DNA of 64,000 nt from an uncultured Candidatus Rokubacteria bacterium (GTDB lineage Bacteria; Methylomirabilota; Methylomirabilia; Rokubacteriales; DASRDR01). A program made the position numbers and the translations under genes. Under the pieces are notes generated by a model. The model had not been told where the DNA came from. It ran no database searches and was given only the letters and a program-made list of their open reading frames with translations. Location: positions 64,001 through 128,000 of the forward strand of contig CAVPSB010000025.1 in assembly GCA_963708025.1 (NCBI GenBank). The letters run 5' to 3'. This document shows positions 9,716 to 20,358 of the stretch, in pieces; position 1 is the first letter of the stretch, and every line of letters starts with the position of its first letter.

Positions 9716-11653
9716 ATGGGTCTCGACAGAGGACGACTGGTGATCGTTGCCATCGGGTTGCTTCTGGCCGTCGCCGTATCGGCCGGCCTGCCGGCGTCGG
9801 CCGCGGCGCAGCCCAAGTACAAGGAAGCGCCCGGGCTGGCCGAGCAGGTCAAGGCCGGCAAGCTGCCGTCGGTGGACAAGCGCCTGCCCGAGAACCCGCT
9901 CGTCGTTCCGGTCGTCGAGCGCACCGGCCAGTACGGCGGTGTCTGGCGGCGCGGCTTCCTCGGCCCCGCCGACTTCAACAACTACGTGCGCGTCGTCTAC
10001 GACGCGCTGGTCCGCTTCTCCCCGGACGGCGCCAAGATCGAGCCGAAGGTCGCGGCCGGCTGGGAGTCGTCGCCGGACTTCAAGTCGTGGACGATCAAGC
10101 TGCGCAAGGGCGCCCGGTGGTCGGACGGCGCGCCCTTCACGGCCGACGACATCGTGTTCTGGTACAAGGACGTCGTGCTGAACAAGGACCTCATGCCGGT
10201 CGTGCCGGGATGGGTGCGGAACGGCGACGGCACGCCGGCCTCCGTCGAGAAGATCGACGCCCAGACCGTCCGCTTCACCTACAAGCAGCCGGCGACGCTG
10301 TTCCTCACCGCCCTCGCCAACCAGGACGGCGGGGACCGGACCTACGCGGTCTTCCTGCCCGCCCACTACCTGAAGAAGTTCCACGTGGGCTACGCCAAGA
10401 AGGAGGAGGTGGACAAGCTCGTCCAGGCGGCGGGATTCAAGACGTGGACCGAGCTGTTCGCCTCGAGGAACGCGCCGTTCGAGAACCCCGAGCGGCCGAC
10501 GATGGCGGCGTGGGTGCCGGCGACCCGGGTCAGCGACCAGGTGTTCACGTTGCGCCGGAACCCCTACTTCGTGGGCGTGGATCCCGACGGGAACCAGCTC
10601 CCCTACCTCGACGAGGTCCGCTTCACCTTCTTCGCCGACATCCAGTCCCTCAACCTGGCCGCGATCGCCGGCGAGCTCGACATGCAAGAGCGGCACATCC
10701 AGATGACCAACTACCCCGTCTTCAAGGAGAACGAGAAGAACGGGAAGTACCGGGTCATCACCTGGCCGACCTTCGGGGGCTCGGACGCGGTGGTCGCCTT
10801 CAACCAGTCCTACAAGGCCGACCCGGAGCTGGCCAAGCTGCTCGCCTCCAAGGAGTTCCGGATCGCGCTCTCCTACGCCGTCAACCGGGACCAGATCAAG
10901 GAGTCGGTCTTCCTCGGTCTGGGCGAGCCCCGGCAGGCGATTCCCGCGCCGTGGCACCCCTACTTCCCGGGTGACGAGTGGGCGAAGAAGTACACGCAAT
11001 TCAAGCCCGACGAGGCCAACAAGATGCTGGACGCCCTCGGGCTCTCGAAGAAGGACGGCCAGGGCCTCCGGCTGATGCCGACCGGCAAGCCGGTGACGCT
11101 GGAGCTCTCCGTGGTGCCGAACTTCGCCGCCTGGCCCGACGTGGCCCAGCTGGTGGCCAAGGACTGGGAGAAGGTCGGGGTCAAGGTGATCGTCCAGATC
11201 CGCGAGCGCGCGCTCCACTTCAAGATGCGCGACGCCAACGAGCTGCAGACGGAGATGTGGAACGAGGACACCACCGCCTTCCCCTTCACCGGCAACGCCA
11301 AGGTCGACCCCCGCAACTCCCCGATCCTGACCCTGGGGCCGCTCTTCGCGCAGTGGGCCCAGACCAAGGGCAAGGAGGGCATGGAGCCGCCGGCACCGAT
11401 CAAGAGGATCATGGAGCTCGTGGACACCGCCCGGACGGTCGGCCCCGATGGGCAGGTCAAGGCCGCCCAGGAGATCTTCCGGATCTGGGCCGACCAGGTC
11501 TACGAGATCGGGACGGTGGGCCTGACCCCGATGGTCCAGGGGGTGGTCGTGGCCGGAACGCGGTTCCACAACGTGCCGAAGACTCTCGGGAACGACTGGC
11601 CGCTCCGGAGCCCGGGCAACGCCCGCACCGAGCAGTTCTTCCTCGCCAGATAG
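9716..11653 (+). CDS. ABC substrate-binding protein, family 5 (OppA/DppA-like)
   Basis: Signal peptide, GKLPSVDKRLPENP, WSDGAPFTADD, GNQLPYLD. AGGAGG RBS. Confidence 0.92.
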   Translation: MGLDRGRLVIVAIGLLLAVAVSAGLPASAAAQPKYKEAPGLAEQVKAGKLPSVDKRLPENPLVVPVVERTGQYGGVWRRGFLGPADFNNYVRVVYDALVRFSPDGAKIEPKVAAGWESSPDFKSWTIKLRKGARWSDGAPFTADDIVFWYKDVVLNKDLMPVVPGWVRNGDGTPASVEKIDAQTVRFTYKQPATLFLTALANQDGGDRTYAVFLPAHYLKKFHVGYAKKEEVDKLVQAAGFKTWTELFASRNAPFENPERPTMAAWVPATRVSDQVFTLRRNPYFVGVDPDGNQLPYLDEVRFTFFADIQSLNLAAIAGELDMQERHIQMTNYPVFKENEKNGKYRVITWPTFGGSDAVVAFNQSYKADPELAKLLASKEFRIALSYAVNRDQIKESVFLGLGEPRQAIPAPWHPYFPGDEWAKKYTQFKPDEANKMLDALGLSKKDGQGLRLMPTGKPVTLELSVVPNFAAWPDVAQLVAKDWEKVGVKVIVQIRERALHFKMRDANELQTEMWNEDTTAFPFTGNAKVDPRNSPILTLGPLFAQWAQTKGKEGMEPPAPIKRIMELVDTARTVGPDGQVKAAQEIFRIWADQVYEIGTVGLTPMVQGVVVAGTRFHNVPKTLGNDWPLRSPGNARTEQFFLAR

Positions 11654-11886
11654 CCACCGGAGGGGGCCCACTGGACGAACGGTGGGTCCCCTCCGATACC
11701 ATCTCCCAGGGAGAGGCAGGTCGGCCGGCACCGCGCCCCTGGCGCGGGTGGCCGAAATGGTCTGCCCTCACCCCCCGGTTCCGGGCGGTCGGGGTGAGGC
11801 CGAGCGCGGGGCGCGCGCCTTCCTCTCCGCCGGGGCGTATCATGGCACCGATGGTGGATCAACGAACCACGGGGAAGGAGCCACCC

Positions 11887-12105
11887 ATGGCCCCGACGAT
11901 CATCGATTGGGATGGCCGCAAGATGCCGGACCAGCTGCGTGATCTCCCGCCCGGCCGGTACCTGGTCGAGCCCCTGGACGAGGTGAGCTTGACACCGGGC
12001 GAGGAGGCCGGGATCATAGCGGCTCTCGACGCCCTCGACGCCGGTCGCGGGTTGTCTCTCGCCGACGTCGTGAGTCAGCTCCGCGGGGACCAAAGGCGCC
12101 GATGA
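11887..12105 (+). CDS. Putative antitoxin (72 aa)
   Basis: AAGGAG RBS, acidic C-terminal LTPGEEAGIIAALDALDAGRG, ATGA overlap with a RelE/ParE toxin gene. Confidence 0.65.
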   Translation: MAPTIIDWDGRKMPDQLRDLPPGRYLVEPLDEVSLTPGEEAGIIAALDALDAGRGLSLADVVSQLRGDQRRR

Positions 12106-12386
12106 CCGTCGTCGTCTCGCCTCAAGCGCGAGACGACATCGGTCAGGCCTATCGCCATCCCGCGGAAGAGAACGTCGAGGCCGCCGACCACTTCCTGGCT
12201 CACATCGCCGAGATTGTCGGGTTGCTTGCTGCTGGCGGAGTCGAAGGCCGTTTCGTTCGCCTCGGCGATGGCCGCACCGTGCAGACCTGGCCGATCCCGC
12301 CCTACCGACTCTACTACCGGAAGTCTCCGGACACGTTCCAGGTTGTCCGGCTGTATCATCAGGCCCGTCAACCGATCGAGAGATGA
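12102..12386 (+). CDS. RelE/ParE family toxin
   Basis: VVVSPQARDDI..ENVEAADHF..PYRLYYR..VVRLYHQAR pattern, 94 aa. Confidence 0.8.
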   Translation: MTVVVSPQARDDIGQAYRHPAEENVEAADHFLAHIAEIVGLLAAGGVEGRFVRLGDGRTVQTWPIPPYRLYYRKSPDTFQVVRLYHQARQPIER

Positions 12387-12478
12387 GTGACGGTCGCAGT
12401 GCGGCCGACTACTATCGTGACTCCGAAGATGCTGAACCTGTGCCTGACGCGGGTGGGCGCCGCCCGGACTGATCGACG

Positions 12479-13465
12479 ATGACGCGATATGTCCTCCAGC
12501 GGCTCGTCCTCCTGCCCGTCCTGCTCTTCGTCTTCTCGGTCACCGTCTTCGCGATCGTCCAGGCGCCGCCCGGCGACTTCCTGACCGCGTACACGGCGAC
12601 GCTGGCGTCGTCCGGCACCTCGATCAACGCCGAGCAGCTCGAGGCCCTCCGGCGGGAGTACGGGCTCGACCAGCCGATGTACGTGCAGTACCTCAAGTGG
12701 ATGGCCAACCTCCTGCGGGGGAACCTCGGCCTGTCCCTCGAGTACCAGCGCCCGAACACCGAGCTGATCGGGGAGCGGCTGGTGCTGACCGTGATGCTGG
12801 CGCTCCTGTCGTTCGTCTTCACCTGGCTCGTCGCCGTCCCGGCCGGGATCTACTCCGCCACCCACCAGCGGTCGCTCCTCGACTACGTCCTCACGGTGCT
12901 GAACTACGTCGGCGTCGCGACGCCGAACTTCATGCTGGCGCTGATCCTGATGTGGGGCGCCTTCGCGTACTTCGGCATCGGCATCACCGGGCTGTTCTCG
13001 TCCGAGTTCGTCGAGGCGCCGTGGAGCCTGGCCCGCGTGCTCGACCTGCTGAAGCACATCTGGCTGCCGTCGGTCGTCCTGGGCGTCGCGGGGACGGCCC
13101 GGCTCACCCGGGTGATGCGGGCGAACCTCCTCGACGAGCTGAACAAGCCCTACGTCACCACGGCCCGGGCCAAGGGGCTCTCCGAGTGGCGGCTGGTGCT
13201 CCGCTACCCCGTGCGGCTCGCCCTCAACCCGCTGGTGAGCACGATCGGCTGGTACCTTCCCGCGCTCTTCTCCGGCAGCCTGATCGTCGCGACCGTCATG
13301 AACCTGCCCAACATCGGGCCGCTCCTGCTGCGGGCGCTGATCAACCAGGACATGTACCTGGCCGGCAGCATCCTGCTGATCTACTGCTTCCTGACCATCA
13401 TCGGCACCCTCGTCTCCGACGTCCTGCTGGCCTGGCTGGATCCCCGCATCCGGATGGAAGGCTAG
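12479..13465 (+). CDS. Peptide ABC permease (OppB/DppB-like)
   Basis: YVLQRL, YGLDQP, YVTTARAKGL, WLDPRIR motifs. Confidence 0.93.
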   Translation: MTRYVLQRLVLLPVLLFVFSVTVFAIVQAPPGDFLTAYTATLASSGTSINAEQLEALRREYGLDQPMYVQYLKWMANLLRGNLGLSLEYQRPNTELIGERLVLTVMLALLSFVFTWLVAVPAGIYSATHQRSLLDYVLTVLNYVGVATPNFMLALILMWGAFAYFGIGITGLFSSEFVEAPWSLARVLDLLKHIWLPSVVLGVAGTARLTRVMRANLLDELNKPYVTTARAKGLSEWRLVLRYPVRLALNPLVSTIGWYLPALFSGSLIVATVMNLPNIGPLLLRALINQDMYLAGSILLIYCFLTIIGTLVSDVLLAWLDPRIRMEG

Positions 13466-13727
13466 GGGGGCGGGGCCGATGAGCTTCGCAACATCGATCT
13501 CGGTCGGGACGCGCGCGGCCTACGGCGATCGGACGGCCTTCGGCCTTTGGGCGTCCGTCCCGACCTCTGGGTCGTTGCCGATCCTCGGCGTACTCGGAGT
13601 ACGCCTGCGGTCGGCAACTCCCTGCGTCCATTGGACGGCCTCCGGCCTGTGGGCGCTGCTCGCTCCTCGGCCCCGCCCCCGAGGACTCGACCTGTCGGCC
13701 ATGCCGTGGCATTTCGACGGGCGCTGA
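13466..13727 (+). repeat. Repeat family B (MITE-like) carrying an 82-aa ORF (13479-13727)
   Basis: Starts GGGGGCGGGGCCGATGAGCTTCGCAAC right after TAG. Homologous to 38313-38554, 49766-49927 and 39491-39519. Internal hairpin GGCGTACT-CGG-AGTACGCC. Confidence 0.85.
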
Positions 13728-13728
13728 C

Positions 13729-14900
13729 GTGACACCGACGCGTCCCCGAGCGTGAGCCCACGGAGGCGGCGGCGGTTGACGTTCTCGACGAGCCGCTGGC
13801 GGCGTCGGCGGCCGAGGACCGGATCTCGGTCGCGTCGAACTGGACCCTGGTCTGGTGGCGCTTCCGCAAGCACCGCCTGGCCCTCGCGAGCGCGGCCGCG
13901 CTCCTCGCCCTCTACGCGGTCGTTCTCTGTCCGGACGTCTTCAGCACGCAGGACCCCGAGGCGACGGAGGCCCGGCTGGCCTTCATCCCGATCCAGCGCC
14001 TGCACCTCCTCGACGGCTGGCGGTGGAGCCCCTGGGTTCCGGCGATCACCGGGAAGCGGAACCCGACGACGCTCCGCATGGAGTGGCAGGTGGATCCCGG
14101 GCGGAAGGTCCACGTGGCGTTCTTCGCCCCCGGGTACCCGTACCGGGTGCTCGGCCTGTTCCCGGCCAGCCGGCACCTGGTGGGCGTCGGCCGACGGGGC
14201 CGGCGAGCGCGTTCACCTCCTCGGGACCGACCGGCTGGGGCGGGACCAGTGGTCGCGCCTCATGCACGGCACCCAGACGTCCATGACGATCGGCCTGGTC
14301 GCCGTGACCCTGAGCGTCGTGCTTGGAGTGCTGCTGGGTGGCATCTCCGGTTACTTCGGCGGGTTGCCCGACCTGGTGATCCAGCGGATGATCGAGCTGC
14401 TGCAGTCGCTCCCGACGATCCCGATCTGGCTCGCGCTCACCGCGGCGCTGCCGCGCCACTGGTCCCCGCCCCAGGTGTTCTTCGCGATCACCGTCATCCT
14501 GTCCCTGGTGGGCTGGACGACACTGGGGCGCGAGGTGCGGGGACGGTTCCTGGCGCTTCGCGAGGAGGACTTCGTGCTGGCCGCCGAGCTGGCCGGGGCC
14601 AGCCGGCCCCGGATCATCCGCCGCCACATGGTCCCCACCTTCCTCAGCCACATCATCGCGACCAGCACGCTGGCCGTCCCGGCCATGATCATCAACGAGA
14701 CCTCGCTCTCCTTCCTGGGGCTCGGGCTGCGCCCGCCCGCCATCAGCTGGGGCGTGCTCCTCCAGGAGGCGCAGAACATCCAGACGGTGGCGCTGGCCCC
14801 CTGGCTCCTGACCCCGGGGCTCGTCGTCATCGTGTCGGTTCTCGCGTTCAACCTCGTGGGCGATGGCCTCCGGGATGCCGCCGATCCCTACTCCCACTGA
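13729..14900 (+). CDS. Peptide ABC permease (OppC/DppC-like), with two apparent +1 frameshifts (~13746, ~14189)
   Basis: WWRFRKHRLA in one frame; [30 protein letters not shown] in the next. Removing 2 nt gives 390 codons. Confidence 0.82.
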
Positions 14901-15969
14901 CGGCGGGCCGGCCACCCCCCTCCTGTCCGTTCAGGACCTGCACGTCACCTTCGCCATGGACGAGGGGACCGTCAGGGCGGTGGACGGCGTCAGCTTCGAC
15001 GTGTTCCCGAGCCAGGTGGTCGGGATCGTCGGCGAGAGCGGCTGCGGCAAGTCCGTCACGATGAAGGCCGTGCTGCAGATCGTCGAGCCGCCGGGCCGGA
15101 TCGTCGGGGGCCGGATCCTCTTCCGGCAGCGCCCGGGTCCGGGCGCCGCCGGGGCCGGGGCGGACGGGGTCGTCGACCTGACCCGGCTGCCGTCCCGGGG
15201 CCCGGCGATGCGCGCCATCCGGGGCGCCGAGATCGCCCTGATCCCGCAGGAGCCGATGGCCGCGTTCAGCCCGGTCCACACCGTCGGGGACCAGATCGTC
15301 GAGGCCATCCGGCTGCACTGGCGGCAGTGGCGGCCGGAGGGCCCACCGCTCTCCCGCCGCGAGGCCCGCCAGATCACCGCCGACCTGTTCCGCGACGTCG
15401 GTATCTCGATGCCGGCCGAGCGCCTCGACGCCTACTCGTGGCAGCTCTCCGGCGGGCTCCGCCAGCGGGCGATGATCGCCATGGCGCTCTCCTGCAAGCC
15501 ACGGCTCCTGATCGCCGACGAGCCGACGACGGCGATCGACGTCACCACCCAGGCCCAGGTCCTGAACCTCCTGCGGGAGCTGGGACGCAAGCACCGGACC
15601 GCCATCATCTTCATCACGCACGACCTGGGCGTCATCGCCCAGATCGCCCACCACGTGGTGGTGATGTACCTGGGCCGCGTCATGGAGCAGGGCCCGGTGG
15701 AGGCGATCTTCCACGCGGCCCGGCACCCGTACACGCGCGCCCTGCTGCGCTCGATCCCGACCCTCCAGGTCACCCCCCGGGTGCCGCTGCCGATCATCAG
15801 CGGCTCCATCCCGCACCCGTTCAACCGGCCGCCCGGGTGCCCCTTCCATCCCCGCTGTCCCGACGTCATCCGGGGGGTCTGCGACCGCCGGGTTCCCGCT
15901 TCCGGGCCGGTCGGCGAGCGGCAGTCGGTGAGCTGCTTTCTCTACCACGACGTCGAGGCCGCGTCGTGA
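14863..15969 (+). CDS. Peptide ABC ATPase (OppD/DppD-like)
   Basis: [31 protein letters not shown] motifs. Confidence 0.92.
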   Translation: MASGMPPIPTPTDGGPATPLLSVQDLHVTFAMDEGTVRAVDGVSFDVFPSQVVGIVGESGCGKSVTMKAVLQIVEPPGRIVGGRILFRQRPGPGAAGAGADGVVDLTRLPSRGPAMRAIRGAEIALIPQEPMAAFSPVHTVGDQIVEAIRLHWRQWRPEGPPLSRREARQITADLFRDVGISMPAERLDAYSWQLSGGLRQRAMIAMALSCKPRLLIADEPTTAIDVTTQAQVLNLLRELGRKHRTAIIFITHDLGVIAQIAHHVVVMYLGRVMEQGPVEAIFHAARHPYTRALLRSIPTLQVTPRVPLPIISGSIPHPFNRPPGCPFHPRCPDVIRGVCDRRVPASGPVGERQSVSCFLYHDVEAAS

Positions 15970-17031
15970 CGGGGCCGGGCGACGTCCCCGGCGTCGCAGC
16001 GGCCCCCCTCCTCGACGTCCGCAACCTCCGGAAGTTCTTCCCCATCCAGAAGGGCTTCGCCCGCCGGGTGGTCGGCCAGGTCCGGGCGGTCGACGACGTG
16101 AGCTTCGCGATCCAGGAGGGGGAGACGCTGGGCCTGGTCGGCGAGAGCGGCTGCGGCAAGACGACGACGGCGCGCTGCATCCTGCGGGCGATGGCGCCGT
16201 CGAGCGGCGAAATCCTCTTCCGGACCCGCGACGGCGCCGTGGTCGACCTGGCCCCGCTGTCCCGGAAGGCGCTGCGGCCGCTTCCGGCCCCAGATCCAGA
16301 TGATCTTCCAGGACCCGTTCGGCTCGCTCAACCCGCGCATGACGCTCTTCGACAACGTCGGCGAGCCGCTCCTGGTCAACGGGCTCCGCGACCGCCGGGC
16401 GCGCCGGGACCGGGTGGCGGAGCTCCTGCGCCTGGTGGGGCTGCGCCCCGAGTACCTCTACCGCTTCCCCCACGCCTTCAGCGGGGGCCAGCGCCAGCGC
16501 ATCGGCATCGCCCGCGCCCTGGCCACGGAGCCCCGGCTCGTGGTCGCCGACGAGCCGGTGTCGGCGCTGGACGTCTCGGTGCAGGCGCAGGTGCTCAACC
16601 TGCTCCTGGAGCTCCAGCAGCGGCTTCACCTGACCTACCTCTTCGTGGCCCACGACCTCTCGGTGGTCAAGCACATCAGCGATCGGGTGGCCGTCATGTA
16701 CGTCGGGCAGCTCGTGGAGCTGGCCCCGGCGGCGTCCATCTTCCGCCGTCCGCGGCATCCCTACACGGCGGCGTTGATGAAGGCGGTGCCGATCCCCGAT
16801 CCCCGCCTGCCGAGCGGCGACGTGGCCCTCCGGGGCGAGGTGGCCAGCCCGGCCCATCCGCCGGCCGGCTGCTACTTCCACCCGCGGTGCCCGTTCGTGG
16901 AGGACGTCTGCCGGACGGAGCCCCCGCCGCTCCGCCCGGTGGCGCCCGACCACCTCGTCCGGTGCCACCGCGCGGACGAGCTGACCCTGGACGGCGTCGA
17001 TGTCGGGGTCGGGCGACCGGGGACTCCATGA
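15966..17031 (+). CDS. Peptide ABC ATPase (OppF/DppF-like), with apparent +1 frameshift ~16284
   Basis: GESGCGKTT in the first frame; [27 protein letters not shown] in the second. Confidence 0.88.
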
Positions 17032-17064
17032 CCCGTCGAGCCCGAGCGGAAGGAGGCTGACCTC

Positions 17065-17970
17065 GTGGAATCGCTGAAGCCGAACCCGGACGTCTACCTG
17101 ATGGACGCGAAGCCGGACACCCGACCCATGCTGACGGTGCGACCCGGCGAGGTCGTCACCGTGGAGGTGCGCGAGGGCCTCACGGGCATCCGGGACCCCG
17201 CGCGGCTGCCGACCCCGTTCACCGACGAGGCGGTGGGCCATCCCCTGGGGCAGATCACCGGGCCGATCGTCGTGGAGGGGGCGCAGCCGGGCGACTCGCT
17301 CCGGGTCGACCTGCTGGCGATCGACGTCGGATCGGAGGGGGTGACGGTGGTCATGCGGAATTACGGGTTCCTGCCCGCGGAGTTCCCCGGGCCCGCCGTC
17401 CGCGTCTCGCGGATCGCCGACGGGCAGATCCACTTCGGCGCGGTGCGCATCCCCATCCGCCCGTCGCTCGGCACCCTCGCCACCATGCCCGTCGTGCTCG
17501 ACCACTTCGGCTTCGCCGGCCCCCACGGCGGCGACCTCGACCAGAACGAGCTGCGGGCCGGTACGGCCTGCCACCTGCCGGTGTTCGTCCCCGGCGCCCT
17601 CCTCTTCCTCGCCGACCCCCACGCCATCATCGGCGACGGGATCGCGTGCGGCACCGGGCTCGAGTGCGACGCCACCGTGACGCTGCGGGTGACCCTCGAG
17701 CGACCCGCGTTCCTCGACCGGCCGGTGATCGAGACGCCGGACACGCTCCAGGTGGTGGGGACGGGGCCCACCCTCGAGGAGGCGTGCCGGGACGCGATCC
17801 GCGGCGCCATCCGGGTGATCACCCGCGCCACCGGACTCCTCCCCGACGAGGCGTACATGCTGGCCTCGCTGGTCGGGGACTTCAAGATCGGCACCTCGCC
17901 GCGGCCGGTGATGGCCGTACGGATCGTCCTGCCCAAGGCGGTGCTGGCGCAGCGGGGCCGCGACATCTGA
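17065..17970 (+). CDS. Acetamidase/formamidase family protein
   Basis: ITGPIVVEGAQPGD, HGGDLD, LPVFVPGALL..DPHA..GDG, EAYMLASL motifs. Confidence 0.88.
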   Translation: MESLKPNPDVYLMDAKPDTRPMLTVRPGEVVTVEVREGLTGIRDPARLPTPFTDEAVGHPLGQITGPIVVEGAQPGDSLRVDLLAIDVGSEGVTVVMRNYGFLPAEFPGPAVRVSRIADGQIHFGAVRIPIRPSLGTLATMPVVLDHFGFAGPHGGDLDQNELRAGTACHLPVFVPGALLFLADPHAIIGDGIACGTGLECDATVTLRVTLERPAFLDRPVIETPDTLQVVGTGPTLEEACRDAIRGAIRVITRATGLLPDEAYMLASLVGDFKIGTSPRPVMAVRIVLPKAVLAQRGRDI

Positions 17971-18075
17971 GAACCTCGAAGCGGAACGCCACGGCCGCGC
18001 GGCGAGAGCCAGAGGGGTCGCCAGAAACCGATGGGTCGCTCGGAATGGGGGAGTCGCCGCCATTTCTTCGCGGCC
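17971..18075 (+). repeat. Repeat family C copy
   Basis: Reverse complement aligns with 60297-60405 (GGCCGC..AAATGGCGGCGACTCCC..GCCGCGCGGCCGTGG.GTTCCGCT) and with 32123-32200. Begins right after a TGA. Confidence 0.75.
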
Positions 18076-18189
18076 TCTCCCCTGTTCCCTCTTGCCGACA
18101 GCGCCTTCCTCGGCTATAGCTGGAGGTTGACGCTCGGTCTCGGGGCGTACCGGCTCGACCCGATCGACTCGGATGAGGAGGGTGGTGGC

Positions 18190-19632
18190 GTGACCGCGAC
18201 CGGTCGGAACGACCCGTGCCCGTGCGGGAGCGGGCGCAAGTTCAAGCGGTGCTGCCTCGGCAAGGACGCATCGGCCGGGCAGCCCTTCACGATGGCCGAG
18301 CGCGAAAGCGCTCTCGCCGAGCTCTTCCACTCCGCCCACCGTCCGGAGTTCGAGGCGGAGCACGACGTCGCCGACGGGGAGTTCTGGGAGGATCGGTTCG
18401 ACGATCTCTCGGACGAGGAGGCCGAGGAGCTGGGCGACCTCGACCCGGACGAGCGCGCGTACCACCTGTGGTTCGCCTTCGACTTCGTCCTGGAGAGCGG
18501 GCGCACCGTCGCGGAGCTCTTCCTCGAGCGCGAGGGCAGCCGGCTCCGGACGGGTGAGCGCGAGTACCTCGAGCGGATGCGACACACGCACCTCCGGCTG
18601 TACGAGGTCGTCGAGGTCCGGCCGGACGAGGGGCTCCGGCTCGTCGACCTCTGGACGGACGAGAGGCTGTGGGTCCGCGAGCGCCTGGCCACCCGCCAGC
18701 TCGTGCGCTGGGACCTCATGGCCGTGCGGACGATGCCGGGCGCCGAGGGCGACCTGGTGCTGGAAGGCGTCCCCTACGTGTTCGCGGCGGGCGACCGCGA
18801 GGAGCTGCTGGCGGAGCTGCGAGATGCCCACCGGGCCTTCCTCCGCCAGAGCCCCCGCGGAGATCTCACCGACTTCTTCAAGCAGGCCGGCGCGCTCTTT
18901 CACCAGCTCTGGCTGGACTACACCGCGCTGCCGCCGGTTCCGCCGTTCCTGACCCCGGAAGGCGACCCGGTCGAGCTGGCCACGGTGGCGTTCGACCTCC
19001 GGGACGGCGCCGCGGTAGCCCGCGCGCTCGCGGGCCATCCCGATCTCGGGACGCAGGACGACGGCAGCTACGTCTGGACCGAGCCTGAGCCGCTCCCGGG
19101 CGACCCGGACCGCCAGTCTCCCGACACCGCCTGGGGCATCGTCGTCACGTCCCAGCCCTGGCGTCCCGGCGAGGCGCCCCGGCGGAGCCTCGGGACGATC
19201 GTGCTCGACGGCGAGTCGATCCGGTTCGAGGCCACCTCGCGCCTTCGGGCCGCCCGGGGCCGGGGGTTCCTGGAGGGTCTCCTCGGGCGGGCCGTCCGGT
19301 TCCGCGAGGTGACGTACCGGGACGTCGATGAAGCGTTCGAGGAGCAGGCCGACGCCGACCGGGACGCGGCGGACGAGGTCCCGCCCGAGGTCCAGGCCGA
19401 GTTGGCGGCGCAGTTCCTCGACGCGCACTACCGGAGGTGGCCCGACATGCCACTCCCGGCCCTCGGGCACCACACGCCGCGCGAGGCCGCCGGGCTCCCG
19501 GCCGTCCGGCCGCCGCTGGTCGCGCTCCTCAAGGACATGGAGAGCCGCGCCGAGCGCGAGCGCCGCCAGGGGCACCCCGCCTACGACTCCGGATGGCTGT
19601 GGGCGGAGCTGGGCCTCCCCCGCCCGGGGTGA
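18190..19632 (+). CDS. SEC-C motif protein with C-terminal Xre/MbcA/ParS-like segment
   Basis: GRNDPCPCGSGRKFKRCC at the N-terminus, WPDMPLPALGHHTPREAA at the C-terminus. Confidence 0.8.
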   Translation: MTATGRNDPCPCGSGRKFKRCCLGKDASAGQPFTMAERESALAELFHSAHRPEFEAEHDVADGEFWEDRFDDLSDEEAEELGDLDPDERAYHLWFAFDFVLESGRTVAELFLEREGSRLRTGEREYLERMRHTHLRLYEVVEVRPDEGLRLVDLWTDERLWVRERLATRQLVRWDLMAVRTMPGAEGDLVLEGVPYVFAAGDREELLAELRDAHRAFLRQSPRGDLTDFFKQAGALFHQLWLDYTALPPVPPFLTPEGDPVELATVAFDLRDGAAVARALAGHPDLGTQDDGSYVWTEPEPLPGDPDRQSPDTAWGIVVTSQPWRPGEAPRRSLGTIVLDGESIRFEATSRLRAARGRGFLEGLLGRAVRFREVTYRDVDEAFEEQADADRDAADEVPPEVQAELAAQFLDAHYRRWPDMPLPALGHHTPREAAGLPAVRPPLVALLKDMESRAERERRQGHPAYDSGWLWAELGLPRPG

Positions 19633-19752
19633 CATTCGCGCCAACTGAGGAGTGATTCGTCGGGCGCGGCTCGCCTCTCCCGGATCGCTCAGCGTGGCGG
19701 CGGAGCCGGCTCTCCCTCGGCGCGCCCTCGCGTGCGGAGAGCCCCGACTCGA

Positions 19753-19989
19753 TCAGCGCCAGCACCTCCGCGTCCGGCACGCGGTGCTTCGGGTGCGGAC
19801 GGGGAGGCGGGGCGGAGCCACCGTCACGCCGCGTTGCCCCAGCCGTTGCAGCTGCTTCGTGACGCTGCGAGCGGCCAGCCCCGTGCGGGCCGCGATCTCG
19901 GCGGTCGGGAGGCCGTCCTCGCGGACGGCCTCGGGGATGTGAGCGCGGTAGTACGCCCGCTGCTCGGCCGAGACGGCGCGGCGCGCCAT
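19753..19989 (-). CDS. Small HTH protein, possibly frameshifted or degenerate
   Basis: GLPTAEIAARTGLAARSVTKQLQRL HTH pattern. An adjacent frame continues DAEVLALIESGLSARE. Confidence 0.45.
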   Translation of the reverse strand: MARRAVSAEQRAYYRAHIPEAVREDGLPTAEIAARTGLAARSVTKQLQRLGQRGVTVAPPRLPVRTRSTACRTRRCWR

Positions 19990-20127
19990 GGCGGCGCCCA
20001 GCATAGCGCCGGGCGGTGGGCTGCCGCACGTAGCGGACCAACACCGGCCCTGGCCGCGCGGTTGCGCCCCGGCACCGGCTCCGCTATAGTCGGGCCGCTG
20101 TGCGCGGGGGGGACAGGGGAGCGGTCT

Positions 20128-20358
20128 CTCGGCCTGACGCGGTACCGCGTGACCGTCGAGGCCCTGGAGCCGCTCGCCCTCCCCGCGTATCTCGGCTCCA
20201 CCCTCCGCGGCGCCTTCGGCCACGCCTTCCGCGCGCTCACCTGCCCGGCTCGGCCCGACGAGACTTGCCCGATCCGGGAACGCTGCCCGTACCACCTCGT
20301 CTTCGAGACGGCGCCGCCGCCCGACGCGACGGCCCTCCGGACCCACGAGGAGATCCCG
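20128..20358 (+). pseudogene. cas6: N-terminal fragment of CRISPR endoribonuclease Cas6 (DUF2276-type, Cys-cluster N-terminus)
   Basis: RYRVTVEALEPLALPAYLGSTLRGAFGHAFRALTC..CP...CPYHLVFE..IP. The second RRM and G-rich loop are missing. Confidence 0.72.

Noticed and set aside
16270-16300. Programmed ribosomal frameshifting in oppF and other split genes
   Set aside because: No slippery heptamers, these families are not known for recoding, and sequencing error is simpler.
14848-19644. 1598-aa minus-strand ORF and many other long overlapping ORFs
   Set aside because: Antisense or alternate-frame shadows of well-supported genes, typical of high-GC DNA, with no recognisable motifs.
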